DNA from: a virus
DNA length: 64,000 bases
IMG/VR virus record: IMGVR_UViG_3300027857_000001
Coordinates: 1-64,000 of that record
Reading direction: 5' to 3' (one strand)
Shown: positions 19,485-28,368 of the stretch, piece after piece
Position numbering within the stretch: the first letter of the stretch is position 1
Layout: every line of letters begins with the position of its first letter
Program-made: the position numbers and the translations under genes
Notes under the pieces: generated by a model
What the model was told of the DNA's origin: nothing
What the model saw: only the letters and a program-made list of their open reading frames with translations
The model's database searches: none

Positions 19485-20359
19485 CCAAGAGCTTCAGCGA
19501 GGCCCGGCAGGAGATCACGGGCGACTCGTGGCTGGACAAGCTGGCCCGCGCGTCGCTGCTGGCTGCGGAGGCGAAGTTTTCCGGCCGTGAGATTCCGCTA
19601 CTCCGGGTTGTCGTCTCCGGGGTGCGCACTATCGATGCTTACGACTCGTCGCAGGTCACAAAGGCTGTCCAGGACGCGACTGCGAAACTCGGCCACACAA
19701 TCAGCTTCCCTAACGCGGACAGGTCCAGCGCACTCGCCGCCGACCGCGAACGGGCACGATTGATCCAGCGAGGCCAGACCGGCAACGTGATCATCTTCGG
19801 GTTCCCTGAGCCCAGGACCCACGAGGACATCCTTGGTCTCACCGTTGAGACGCTTGCGGAACGGGCAGTCCGGGAACTTGTCAGTGTGCTCCCAGGATCG
19901 ACGGATGACGATGCCTCGCTCGACGCAGTGCTGGCTCAGCGCCTGACCGTCCGTAATGCAGTCAACGACATCGCGCGCGCGGTGCCGCAAAGTGCGGCCG
20001 GCCTCGGATTTCACATGGCCTCGGCTGACGGCGAAGAGATCGACTCGGTTCTCTCACAGGAGCAAGCGACGGTTCTCAAGAGCAGCCTCGGTGAATCGCG
20101 GGTTGACCGCCGCACGGTGACGGTTGCCGGCCGTCTGGACGGGGTTCGCACAAAGCGCCGCATCTTCTACCTCGAACCGGATTCAGGCCCAGAAATTCAT
20201 GGCGCTATAGAACTGGAGCTGATGGAGACGGTTAGGGCCAGTCTCGATCAGCGCATTATTGCCACGCTTGAGGAAGAGCGCACGCGGACCCTCGCTGGTC
20301 GGCAGAGTGGCCGCCTGTTCCGCCTTGTCAGGATCGAGTCGGCCCCAGGAATTTTCTAA
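19478..20359 (+). CDS. Hypothetical partner of the nucleotidyltransferase
   Basis: Translationally coupled; C-terminal beta-rich TVAGRLDG...IFYL region. Confidence 0.6.
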   Translation: MVTKSFSEARQEITGDSWLDKLARASLLAAEAKFSGREIPLLRVVVSGVRTIDAYDSSQVTKAVQDATAKLGHTISFPNADRSSALAADRERARLIQRGQTGNVIIFGFPEPRTHEDILGLTVETLAERAVRELVSVLPGSTDDDASLDAVLAQRLTVRNAVNDIARAVPQSAAGLGFHMASADGEEIDSVLSQEQATVLKSSLGESRVDRRTVTVAGRLDGVRTKRRIFYLEPDSGPEIHGAIELELMETVRASLDQRIIATLEEERTRTLAGRQSGRLFRLVRIESAPGIF

Positions 20360-20497
20360 GCAGTGGAAATTCCGGGGCGTCTGTGCATCCTTTTTGTCAG
20401 ACCCTGCCGCTATTATCGGAGTGAGAAGAAAAGGAAATAGCAAGCGGCCCCCGCGACGCGCCAACGTCCGAGGGCCTGGACCAAGGAGCGCAACTCC

Positions 20498-21595
20498 ATG
20501 GCCACTCCGACCATAGCACGCGACGCGTCGCACGTCGCCGCTCTGCTCGACAGCCCTGAGATCGCCGCGCTGATCGGTGAGCTTGAGGCGACCCGGTGGA
20601 CCGGCCGTCCCGGCTACCCGCTCCGCTCCCTGCTCGGCCTGGTCCTGGTCAAGAGCGTGTACTGTATCCCGACGTGGACCCGGGCCGTGTCCCTGGTCCG
20701 TGACCATGCCGCGCTGCGGGACGTGCTCGGCGCTGCCCCGTCCACGGACGCGTGCTACAGGTTCGCCCGCAAGCTCCGCAAGCACAGCGCAATGCTGGCG
20801 GAATGCACCACGCGGATTCTCGGGGAACTGCATTCCCTGCACCCGGATATGGGCAGCACCGTTGCTATTGACGGCTCGGATCTTCCCGCTTACGCGAACG
20901 GGCAGAAATACGTTTCCCGTGGCGGGAAACTTCGGGAGCGGTTCTCGGACCCGGATGCGTCATGGGGTCACCGCTCATCCATTTCCACCCGATCGGGCGG
21001 CGGGTACTATGGCTATAAAATTCACGCGGCCGTTGACGTCGCGACCGGGCTGCCGCTGGCGTGGGAGGTCCGGACTGCGAAGGACTCAGAGATACCACTC
21101 GTGCCGGACCTGCTGGACGCCGTGACCGCGCTCGGGTTCACGCCGGGTGTCGCCGTGCTCGATCGCGGGTACGACTCGCAGGCTGTCTATGAGGAGATCG
21201 AGTCGCGGGACATCCGCCCCGTCATCCCGCTGCGTGAAACCAAGGCCGTCAAGGACGGCCAGCACCTTCCCCCGTCCTGCGACCACGGCACATGGACATT
21301 CGCTGGGTCCGACACCAGGCGGGGAGCGTCGAAGTGGCGGTGCCCGACCGGCGAGTGTAAGCCGGCGTCGGTCTGGCTCAAGGCTGACCGGCTCCACACT
21401 CTCATCCCGCGCACCACCCCACGGTGGAAGGCGTACTACCACAAGCGGTGCGCCGTCGAGCGGGAGTTCGGCGTCCTCAAGCACCAGTGGGCACTGCTGC
21501 CGCTCCGCGTCCGGGGACTCGCGAAAGTCCGCCTCCACGTGAACCTGACCATCCTCGCCCAGCTCGCCGCCGCGCTCCTCAAAGCCCGGACCTAG
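20498..21595 (+). CDS. DDE transposase (IS4/IS5/IS1182-like), element A
   Basis: VAIDGS, GYYGYKIH, VLDRGYD, YHKRCAVEREFGVLK (Y-R-E-K motif). Confidence 0.9.
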   Translation: MATPTIARDASHVAALLDSPEIAALIGELEATRWTGRPGYPLRSLLGLVLVKSVYCIPTWTRAVSLVRDHAALRDVLGAAPSTDACYRFARKLRKHSAMLAECTTRILGELHSLHPDMGSTVAIDGSDLPAYANGQKYVSRGGKLRERFSDPDASWGHRSSISTRSGGGYYGYKIHAAVDVATGLPLAWEVRTAKDSEIPLVPDLLDAVTALGFTPGVAVLDRGYDSQAVYEEIESRDIRPVIPLRETKAVKDGQHLPPSCDHGTWTFAGSDTRRGASKWRCPTGECKPASVWLKADRLHTLIPRTTPRWKAYYHKRCAVEREFGVLKHQWALLPLRVRGLAKVRLHVNLTILAQLAAALLKART

Positions 21596-21844
21596 AACCT
21601 GCCCGTCCCGCACCCCGCCGCGAGCGGGACCACCGGCATGCCCGGACACGGGAAACCCGCCTCACACGCAATTGCGCGGCCGCACGGCACCCGCTAACTG
21701 GACACAGAGGACAAAAGTCCAGGTCAGTCCGCCATCCCGCTCGATGTCAGGTCGCTCAGCACCGGGTTTCGCCGGTCCTATCGCCGATCCCTCCTAGCGC
21801 GGCTCAGTAAAGGCAGTGAAATATGAGTGTGCTAGTATCTCAGC

Positions 21845-22993
21845 GTGAGCAGCCGGGTGGTGAAGCGGGCGTACAAGTACCGCTTCTACCCGACCCCGGA
21901 GCAGGCGGAGCTGCTGAACCGGACGTTCGGGTCGGTGCGGTACGTGTACAACCGGGCGCTCGCGGAACGGTCCCGGGCGTGGACACAGGACCAGAAGCGG
22001 GTCACGTTCGCGGAAACCTGCCGGATGCTCACCCAGTGGAAAGCGGACCCGGAGACATCCTGGCTGTACGAGGTATCCAACGTCGCGCTCCAGCAGGGGC
22101 TCCAGCATCTCCAGCAGGCATACCTGAACTTCTGGGGCAAACGCTCCGGGTACCCGACGTTCAAATCGAAACGGAAGTCGCGGGCATCAGCGACGTTCAC
22201 AACCTCGGGGTTCCGCTACCGGGACGGGCAGATCACGCTGGCGAAGATGGATGTCCCGCTGGATATCCGCTGGTCCCGCCCGCCGCCCGAATGCGCGGAG
22301 CCGTCCACGGTGACGGTCAGCCGGGACGCGGCCGGACGGTGGCATGTCTCGATCCTGGTCGAGGAGACGATCGAGCCGCTTCCCCCGGCGCCAGCATCGG
22401 CGGTTGGGGTCGATGCCGGGATAACGTCGCTGGTGACCCTGTCGACCGGGGAGAAGATCACCAACCCGAAGTGCGAGAAACGGGACCGCGCCCGGCTGGC
22501 GAAGGCGCAGCGGAACCTGGCCCGCAAGCAGAAAGGCTCCCGCAACCGGGCCAGAGCGCGCGTCAAGGTCGCCCGCGTGTATGCCCGGATCACCGACCGC
22601 AGGACCGATTTCCTGCACAAGTTGTCCACGAGGATCATCCGCGAGAACCAAACGGTGATCATCGAAGACCTGACCGTCCGCAACATGCTCAGGAACCATT
22701 CCCTGGCCCGCGCGATCTCCGATGCGTCCTGGTCGGAGTTCCGCAGGCAGCTGGAATACAAGGCGGACTGGTACGGCCGCACCGTCATCGCGGTCGACAG
22801 GTTCTACCCGTCGAGCAGGACATGCTCTGCGTGCGGCCGCCTGGCCGCGTCGATGCCGCTGAACGTCCGGGAATGGGCGTGCCCCGCGTGCGGCACAGTC
22901 CACGACCGGGATATCAACGCCGCGAGGAACATACGAGCTGCCGGGCTGGCAGTGCTTGCCTGCGGAGATGGCGTAAGACCTGCCCGCACGTAG
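21845..22993 (+). CDS. tnpB: TnpB RNA-guided nuclease (IS605/IS1341 type)
   Basis: AYKYRFYPT; RuvC D (GVDAG), E (IEDL), D (DRDINAA); CxxC..CxxC Zn finger. Confidence 0.95.
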   Translation: MSSRVVKRAYKYRFYPTPEQAELLNRTFGSVRYVYNRALAERSRAWTQDQKRVTFAETCRMLTQWKADPETSWLYEVSNVALQQGLQHLQQAYLNFWGKRSGYPTFKSKRKSRASATFTTSGFRYRDGQITLAKMDVPLDIRWSRPPPECAEPSTVTVSRDAAGRWHVSILVEETIEPLPPAPASAVGVDAGITSLVTLSTGEKITNPKCEKRDRARLAKAQRNLARKQKGSRNRARARVKVARVYARITDRRTDFLHKLSTRIIRENQTVIIEDLTVRNMLRNHSLARAISDASWSEFRRQLEYKADWYGRTVIAVDRFYPSSRTCSACGRLAASMPLNVREWACPACGTVHDRDINAARNIRAAGLAVLACGDGVRPART

Positions 22994-23097
22994 TGCTGGT
23001 AGGCGACCGTCCGTGAAACAGGAACCCCGGCCCGTGAGGGCCGAGAATCCCCTCCCTGAAGGAAGGGGAGAAGTCAAGCTAGGAGGGAACCCCGAAA
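22921..23097 (+). ncRNA. TnpB omega/reRNA: scaffold ending at TCAA (23074-23077), guide from 23078
   Basis: RE hairpin CCCCTCCCTGAAGGAAGGGG followed by AAGTCAA; scaffold overlaps the tnpB 3' end as usual for this family. Confidence 0.7.
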
Positions 23098-23279
23098 CGA
23101 GCCGCGAAACTCAGCGCGGCGCGGGTTCCGGGTTCCGGAGTTAGCGTCCGGCCTGCGGTTTTGTCCTGTCTGTCCGGTAGTGCGTGTCCGCGCGGGACCG
23201 GGCGCGATCTCATGGCCGCAATTCTCGTGTCCGGGCATGCCTGCGACCCCGCCAGCAGCGGGGTAATAGGCAGGGCTGC

Positions 23280-24383
23280 CTATGTCCGGGCGATGAGCAG
23301 CGCGGATGCGAGCTGGGCGAAGATGGTCAGGTCCACGTGGAGCCGGACGCGGTAGATGCGCCGGACCCGCAGCGGCAGCGCGCCCCACTCGTTCTTGAGC
23401 CGGCCGAATTCCCGCTCCACCGCGCCGCGCTGGTGATACAGGCTTTTCCATCGGGGCGTGCTGCGCGGGATCAGGGTGTGCAGCCGGTCCGCTTTCAGCC
23501 ACGTGGACGCGGGCGTGCACTCACCGGACGGGCAGCGCCACTTGGACGCTCCCCGCCTGGTGTCGGACCCGGCGAACGTCCACGTACCGTGCTCGCACGA
23601 CGGCGGCAGGTGCTTGCCGGCCTTGACGGCGGGTGTCTGCCGCACTGGGATCACCGGCCGGATGTCCCGCTCTTCCAGCAGCGTGTACAGCGCCTGAGTG
23701 TCATAGCCACGGTCAAGGACCGCGATCGACGGGGCGAACCCGCGCCCGTTCGCGGCGTCGAGCAGCACCGGCACCGTGGGTATCTCGCTGTCTTTCGCGG
23801 TCTGCACCTGCCACGCCACCGGCAGCCCGGTCACGATGTCCACGCACGCGTGAACCTTATAGCCGTAATACCCGCCGCCGCTGCGCGTGGAAATGGACGA
23901 GCGGTGACCCCATGTCGCGTCCGGGTCGGAGAACTTCTCGCGCAGTTTCCCGCCGCGTGACACGTATTTCTGCCCGTTCGCGTAGGCGGGAAGGTCGGAC
24001 CCGTCAATAGCGACCGCGCTGCCCATTTCCGGGTTGAGGGAATGCAGTTCCGCCAGCACCTTCTCAATGCACGACGTGAGCATGTCCCCATGGGTCCGCA
24101 GCTTGACCGTGAACCTGTAGCACGCGTCCGTGGACGGGGCCGCACCCAGCACGTCCCGCAGCCCGGCGTGGTCAGCGACCAGCGCGACCGTCCGCGTCCA
24201 CGTGGGCAGGCAGTACACGGACTTGACCAGCGTGATGCCGACCATGGCACGCACCGGGTAGCCGGGCCGGCCCGTCCACCGGGTCGCCTCAAGCTGGGCG
24301 ATGAGCCCGGTGATCTCCGGGCTGTCCAGCAGCGCGGCAACCTGTGCGGCATCGCGCGGGAGTGATACGGTCGAAGCGGCCAT
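23280..24383 (-). CDS. DDE transposase, element B
   Basis: Same motifs as copy A; roughly three-quarters identical by eye. Confidence 0.9.
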   Translation of the reverse strand: MAASTVSLPRDAAQVAALLDSPEITGLIAQLEATRWTGRPGYPVRAMVGITLVKSVYCLPTWTRTVALVADHAGLRDVLGAAPSTDACYRFTVKLRTHGDMLTSCIEKVLAELHSLNPEMGSAVAIDGSDLPAYANGQKYVSRGGKLREKFSDPDATWGHRSSISTRSGGGYYGYKVHACVDIVTGLPVAWQVQTAKDSEIPTVPVLLDAANGRGFAPSIAVLDRGYDTQALYTLLEERDIRPVIPVRQTPAVKAGKHLPPSCEHGTWTFAGSDTRRGASKWRCPSGECTPASTWLKADRLHTLIPRSTPRWKSLYHQRGAVEREFGRLKNEWGALPLRVRRIYRVRLHVDLTIFAQLASALLIART

Positions 24384-24670
24384 GGAGTTGCATCTCCTGG
24401 TCCAGGCCCCCGGAGTGTTACCAGCACTCGCGGGGGTCGCCCTTTATTTCCTTTTCCCTTCTCTTCGACTATATCGCTTGGGTCTGACATTTTCAGGGGT
24501 CCTGAAAGCCGCCATCGGCAGGAATTGTTGCTTTTCTAATATGGGCGAACTCGCGGGTTAATCCGGCCGCGCGCCTGCCGCGACGATGCTGAGAAGCCGG
24601 TGTGGCGTGGACGATTGGCCACGCCTGGCTATACTCTCAAGCAGCGCCTCAAGTAGCGCAGGCTGAATCG

Positions 24671-24744
24671 TGCCCCAGGCAGGGTTCCAACCTGCGACTG
24701 TCGGCTTAGCAGGCCGGCGCTCTATGCGACTGAGCTACTGGGGC
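24671..24744 (-). tRNA. Atypical tRNA-like gene: anticodon GCT on a class I, Arg(TCT)-like body
   Basis: GCCCCAG TA GCTC AGTCGCATA GAGC G CCGGC CTGCTAA GCCGA CAGTC GCAGG TTGGAAC CCTGC CTGGGGC A folds into a full cloverleaf (one C27:A43 mismatch); no encoded CCA. Confidence 0.75.
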
Positions 24745-24974
24745 TGGAGGCTGCGGAGCCACTGGTATGGCCCCGCAGCCAGAGTTAGCCCCGGGAGGGC
24801 TGGGTGTCTGAGCCCGTCGGTCCTCCCGGGGCGGCTTCTCTCATAGGCATTCGCTCCCAACTCAGGAAGTAAGCCGCGCTCCCACCGGAGCTTAGCGCAC
24901 TGAAGGCGTGCGTGGGGCGCGGTGATGGGCTTGCCGCCTCGCGTGTCCCTCCGGGCGGATCGGTGTAGGCGCGC

Positions 24975-25901
24975 ATGTCCCTCGGCGAGTTGCTGAATCG
25001 GTCCGGTGTTCCCGCTAAGATGCTCTTGGCGACACTTGGAGGAACGGCCATGCCGAGCGCAAGGGGACACGTGAAGGACGGGAAGAGCCCGACGGCCTTT
25101 CCGATCATCCCGCTCAAGGACGTAGTGGAAATGGCGTGCCTGATTGGCCGACGGGGCGGCAGGTGCCGATTTGATGAGCTTGCCAGCTCACTGGACCAGG
25201 TCAGGACCAGCGGCGCGTTCCGGGGGCGGACGGCCGCCGGCCGTATGTTCGGTGCAACAGAGACTGTCGGCAGTGAGCTGGTCCTTACCGACATCGGACG
25301 GCGCATGGCCGCGTCGCCCTCGGACGTGGACATGCTGGCGGAAGCCTTCCTGAGCGTGGAGCTATACGGGAAACTGTTCGACCGGTACGCCGCCGACGGC
25401 GGGAAGCTGCCTGCTGTAGACGTCATCGACGTGGACATCGAGCGTCTCGGAGTACCCGAGCACCGGGCGACCAGGGCGCGTCAGGTCTTCATCCGGAGCG
25501 CAGAGACCGCCGGATTCTTCCGCTCGGGTCGCGACCGGCTCATCCGCCCCAACGGAGGTAGCATCGCAGTCGGGCGTAGTGCCGTGCCCGAGCGCAAGGA
25601 GCCTGCGGAAGTGTTTCATCCAGAAGCAGAAGTGGTGCTTGCGATGCCAACGCCGGCACCGCCGTCGCACTCACTACCGCCGTCGCACTCACTACCGCCG
25701 TTGATGCAGGCGCTGGTGGACAGACTGCCGGCTGAGGGCGAGCGGTACACACCTCAGCAGCGCGAGCACTGGCTTGAGACAGCGAAGAACGTCCTCGACC
25801 TTGTCTACGTGGATGATGCACCCGCGCCGCCGTCTGCCAGCCCGAACGGGCACACAGGCTCGTACCCGGAACCGGTGATTCAACCCGAAACGCGGGCATG
25901 A
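24975..25901 (+). CDS. Winged-helix hypothetical protein (real start may be GTG 25071)
   Basis: wHTH-like N-terminus (DELASSL...SGAFRGRTAAGRMFG...LTDIG); ARQVFIRSAETAGFF. Confidence 0.55.
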   Translation: MSLGELLNRSGVPAKMLLATLGGTAMPSARGHVKDGKSPTAFPIIPLKDVVEMACLIGRRGGRCRFDELASSLDQVRTSGAFRGRTAAGRMFGATETVGSELVLTDIGRRMAASPSDVDMLAEAFLSVELYGKLFDRYAADGGKLPAVDVIDVDIERLGVPEHRATRARQVFIRSAETAGFFRSGRDRLIRPNGGSIAVGRSAVPERKEPAEVFHPEAEVVLAMPTPAPPSHSLPPSHSLPPLMQALVDRLPAEGERYTPQQREHWLETAKNVLDLVYVDDAPAPPSASPNGHTGSYPEPVIQPETRA

Positions 25902-26182
25902 CCAAGGGGCACCCCCGGCACGGGAATGCCCCCGTATGCGCGTCCCTGAGTTCGTCGGCCTAACGGCAGGCGTCCGGACTCGTCGAGGCCGAACCCGCCG
26001 CTGCGCACCCTGGCGATGAACGCCTGCCACTCGGCCTGGGCGCAGCGGTGGACCGGCCCACTGCCGTGCTGCTTGGTGTCGCGGACCAGGATCGTCCCGT
26101 CGGCGTCCTGCCCGATTTCGACGCAGTTGCCGCCGCCGTTCCCTGAGTAGCTGGACTTCCTCCAGCCGTTCACGTTTTCCAT
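25880..26182 (-). CDS. DUF397 protein, copy B
   Basis: WRKSSYSGNGGGNCVEIG...VRDTK. Confidence 0.9.
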   Translation of the reverse strand: MENVNGWRKSSYSGNGGGNCVEIGQDADGTILVRDTKQHGSGPVHRCAQAEWQAFIARVRSGGFGLDESGRLPLGRRTQGRAYGGIPVPGVPLGHARVSG

Positions 26183-27000
26183 TTCTCTTCCGCCACCTTC
26201 ATGATCAAGTCCCGTGACTGGCCCCGTGACAGCGCATCTCCCCGCACCCGGTCAAACGCTACAGCCGCCTTGCGTACCAGTGAGCGCTTCTCGACCGTCT
26301 GGTCCTCCACGCCTTCCATCCGCAGCGTGTCCGGCATGCCGTCCGCGCTGGCGATGTCGAACGCACCGCCGAGTCCGGCGTTGGCCCCGTTGACGGCAGG
26401 GATCACCTGCACCACCAGGAACGGGCGGCGTGACCACTCGGCCACCTGCACCAGCGCGTCGTGCATCACCTGCGGCGAGCCGATCAGGCGGTGCAGCACC
26501 GCCTCGTCCAGCACCACCACGGTATCGGGCGGGTCGCCCCGCTCGAACACGGCCTGACGCTCCAGCCGCGCCGACACCAGCCCGTCGATCATGTCCTCGC
26601 TGGTATCGGACTGTGCCGCAAGGAACAGCGCCCGCGCGTACTCCGCCGTCTGGAGCAGGCCCGGTATCAGCACCGGGGACCATATCCGCAGCGACTGCGC
26701 CTCATGCTCAGCCTCAAGCCAGTCCTCGAACCACGTCGGGACCGGCCCGTCACTGGCGCGCGCCAGCCTCGCCAGCCGGGTGAACAGATCCTCATCCAGC
26801 CCGCACGCGGAGCACCACGCCGACAGCACGTCCGGTGTCGGCGGGCGCTCCCCGGTCTCCGCCTTCGTGACGACTGTCCGGTCGAACCCGAGCCGGGCGG
26901 CCAGTGCCTCCTGGCTGCTGAACCCGGCCGTCATCCGGGCCCGGCGAAGTTCCCCGCCGAGGAACGCGCGGGGGTCGGTGTCCGGGTCGCGTCTGGTCAT
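26170..27000 (-). CDS. XRE HTH-DUF5753 regulator, copy B
   Basis: About 39 differences in 276 aa versus copy A by manual comparison (~86% identity). Confidence 0.9.
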   Translation of the reverse strand: MTRRDPDTDPRAFLGGELRRARMTAGFSSQEALAARLGFDRTVVTKAETGERPPTPDVLSAWCSACGLDEDLFTRLARLARASDGPVPTWFEDWLEAEHEAQSLRIWSPVLIPGLLQTAEYARALFLAAQSDTSEDMIDGLVSARLERQAVFERGDPPDTVVVLDEAVLHRLIGSPQVMHDALVQVAEWSRRPFLVVQVIPAVNGANAGLGGAFDIASADGMPDTLRMEGVEDQTVEKRSLVRKAAVAFDRVRGDALSRGQSRDLIMKVAEEKWKT

Positions 27001-27118
27001 CGTGGCAAGCCTCCAGCAGCACAGTGGCGGATCGTGGCAGGCGCATTCGTCACGTAAACCAAGCGTGCCCTTTCACGCTGTGATCGGCAATAGCCGGCAC
27101 AGTACGGAGGGGACAGCG

Positions 27119-27526
27119 ATGGAACACACGGCAGTCGAGACCTCAATGCGGCTGCTCCATGCCGTCTACCCCGCCGAGCCCGCGCAGGTCAGGCACGCCC
27201 GGAAAGCACTCGCCGGCCTGCTCGGCGACACCCCCGTCACCGACACCGCGCTGCTGATCGCGTCGGAGTTCGCCACCAACGCCGTCCTGCACAGCGCATC
27301 CCGCAACGGCGGGACGTTCACCCTCCGCGCCGGGATCACCGGCAGCACCCTGCGGATAGAAGTGGAAGACAGCGGCGGCGCATGGAACAGCCAGCCGCAC
27401 GACGACGGCAGGCCGCACGGGCTTGACGTGATAGAGGCATTCACCGGACCCGGCAACTGGGGCATCATCGGGGACGCCGGCGGGCGCACCGCCTGGGTCT
27501 ACCTCACCATCCCCGCAGCAGGGTAG
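27119..27526 (+). CDS. RsbW-like HATPase, copy B
   Basis: LIASEFATNAVLHS, RIEVEDSGG, GRPHGLDV, GGRTAWV. Confidence 0.85.
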   Translation: MEHTAVETSMRLLHAVYPAEPAQVRHARKALAGLLGDTPVTDTALLIASEFATNAVLHSASRNGGTFTLRAGITGSTLRIEVEDSGGAWNSQPHDDGRPHGLDVIEAFTGPGNWGIIGDAGGRTAWVYLTIPAAG

Positions 27527-27739
27527 CCCGCCGACAGCACGACGCCGGGCAAGATCCAGGATGACCCCGGACCCGCCCGGCGTGGCTTGCACGTTCCTGG
27601 CCTCGTTCCGTGGAACGATTGCCGGTTGGGAACTCACGGAACGTAGCGGCCGTTCGCAGCGGCTCTGGCTACGTTAGCGCTTTCATGCTGCCGCCGGCAG
27701 CAGGCGCGCCGTTCTGTTCCCTAACCGAAAGGGAACTCA

Positions 27740-28015
27740 ATGAGCGAATTCCTGATCACGTGCGTCCGGATGAGCGGGCGCACCGCTGCGGGCCATCACC
27801 ACATCGTCAGCGTGGGCGTCGGCGGCGAGCAGTTCACCGTAGAGGAGATCTACCAGGCAATCGATGCGGGACACAGGTTCCGCACTGCGAGCCCGTCATC
27901 GGGGACGGAAGCGCCCGTAGCCAAGTACCACTGCGCCTGCGGTCTTGACACGCTCCGCTCGCACTCGGACAAGTACTGGGACAACAACCTGGACAACCTG
28001 CCTGCGTGCCCGTAA
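27740..28015 (+). CDS. DUF3892 protein
   Basis: ITCVR...HHHIVSVG...LRSHSDKYWDNNLDNLPAC. Confidence 0.8.
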   Translation: MSEFLITCVRMSGRTAAGHHHIVSVGVGGEQFTVEEIYQAIDAGHRFRTASPSSGTEAPVAKYHCACGLDTLRSHSDKYWDNNLDNLPACP

Positions 28016-28312
28016 ATCCGCATCCGTCCTGATCCAGTCAATAGCATGATCAGCCGGGAAGGGACTGGCGCGAACCGGTTCCTTCCCGGCACGCGGATGG
28101 CAGGTATAGCCCATCGCGATCGCGATCGCGTCGGCGATCCACGGGATGAACGCGTCCGCGTCGGCCACGGAAATGTCAAGGGCATACCGGCCATCCAGCA
28201 GGAGCCCGATCTTCCCGCCATTGACTGGCATCGCGTCCAGGAACGGGACCCGGTGGCCATCTACGACCACACGGTGACTCTCAAAAGGGCCAACGATCTG
28301 ATAATCGCTCAT
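27896..28312 (-). CDS. Hypothetical protein
   Basis: ORF convergent on DUF3892; globular composition in the first ~100 aa. Confidence 0.45.
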   Translation of the reverse strand: MSDYQIVGPFESHRVVVDGHRVPFLDAMPVNGGKIGLLLDGRYALDISVADADAFIPWIADAIAIAMGYTCHPRAGKEPVRASPFPADHAIDWIRTDADLRARRQVVQVVVPVLVRVRAERVKTAGAVVLGYGRFRPR

Positions 28313-28368
28313 GTCGTCAGCTTCCCCTGGCTAGCGCACGCAACGCCAGTCCCGATCAGGGGCTCTTG

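Larger units (their letters stand above)
15038..21797. mobile_element. Cargo transposon A (DDE transposase, CTAG-flanked TIRs)
   Basis: Left end CTAGGAGGGTTCGGCGAAAC (15038-15057); right end reverse complement CTAGGAGGGATCGGCGATAG (21778-21797); transposase near the right end. Confidence 0.75.

Noticed and set aside
20343-20353. CCCCAGGAATT resembling the integrase arm repeat
   Set aside because: Only 11 nt and no att context; probably chance.
20395-21797. Simple IS limited to the transposase ORF
   Set aside because: No copy of the GAGGG TIR lies directly upstream of either transposase; the partner TIRs are 4-5 kb away.
21845-22993. TnpB as the effector of the CRISPR array
   Set aside because: Both TnpBs have their own IS605-type right-end omega RNA scaffolds, are typical in size and lie more than 11 kb from the array.
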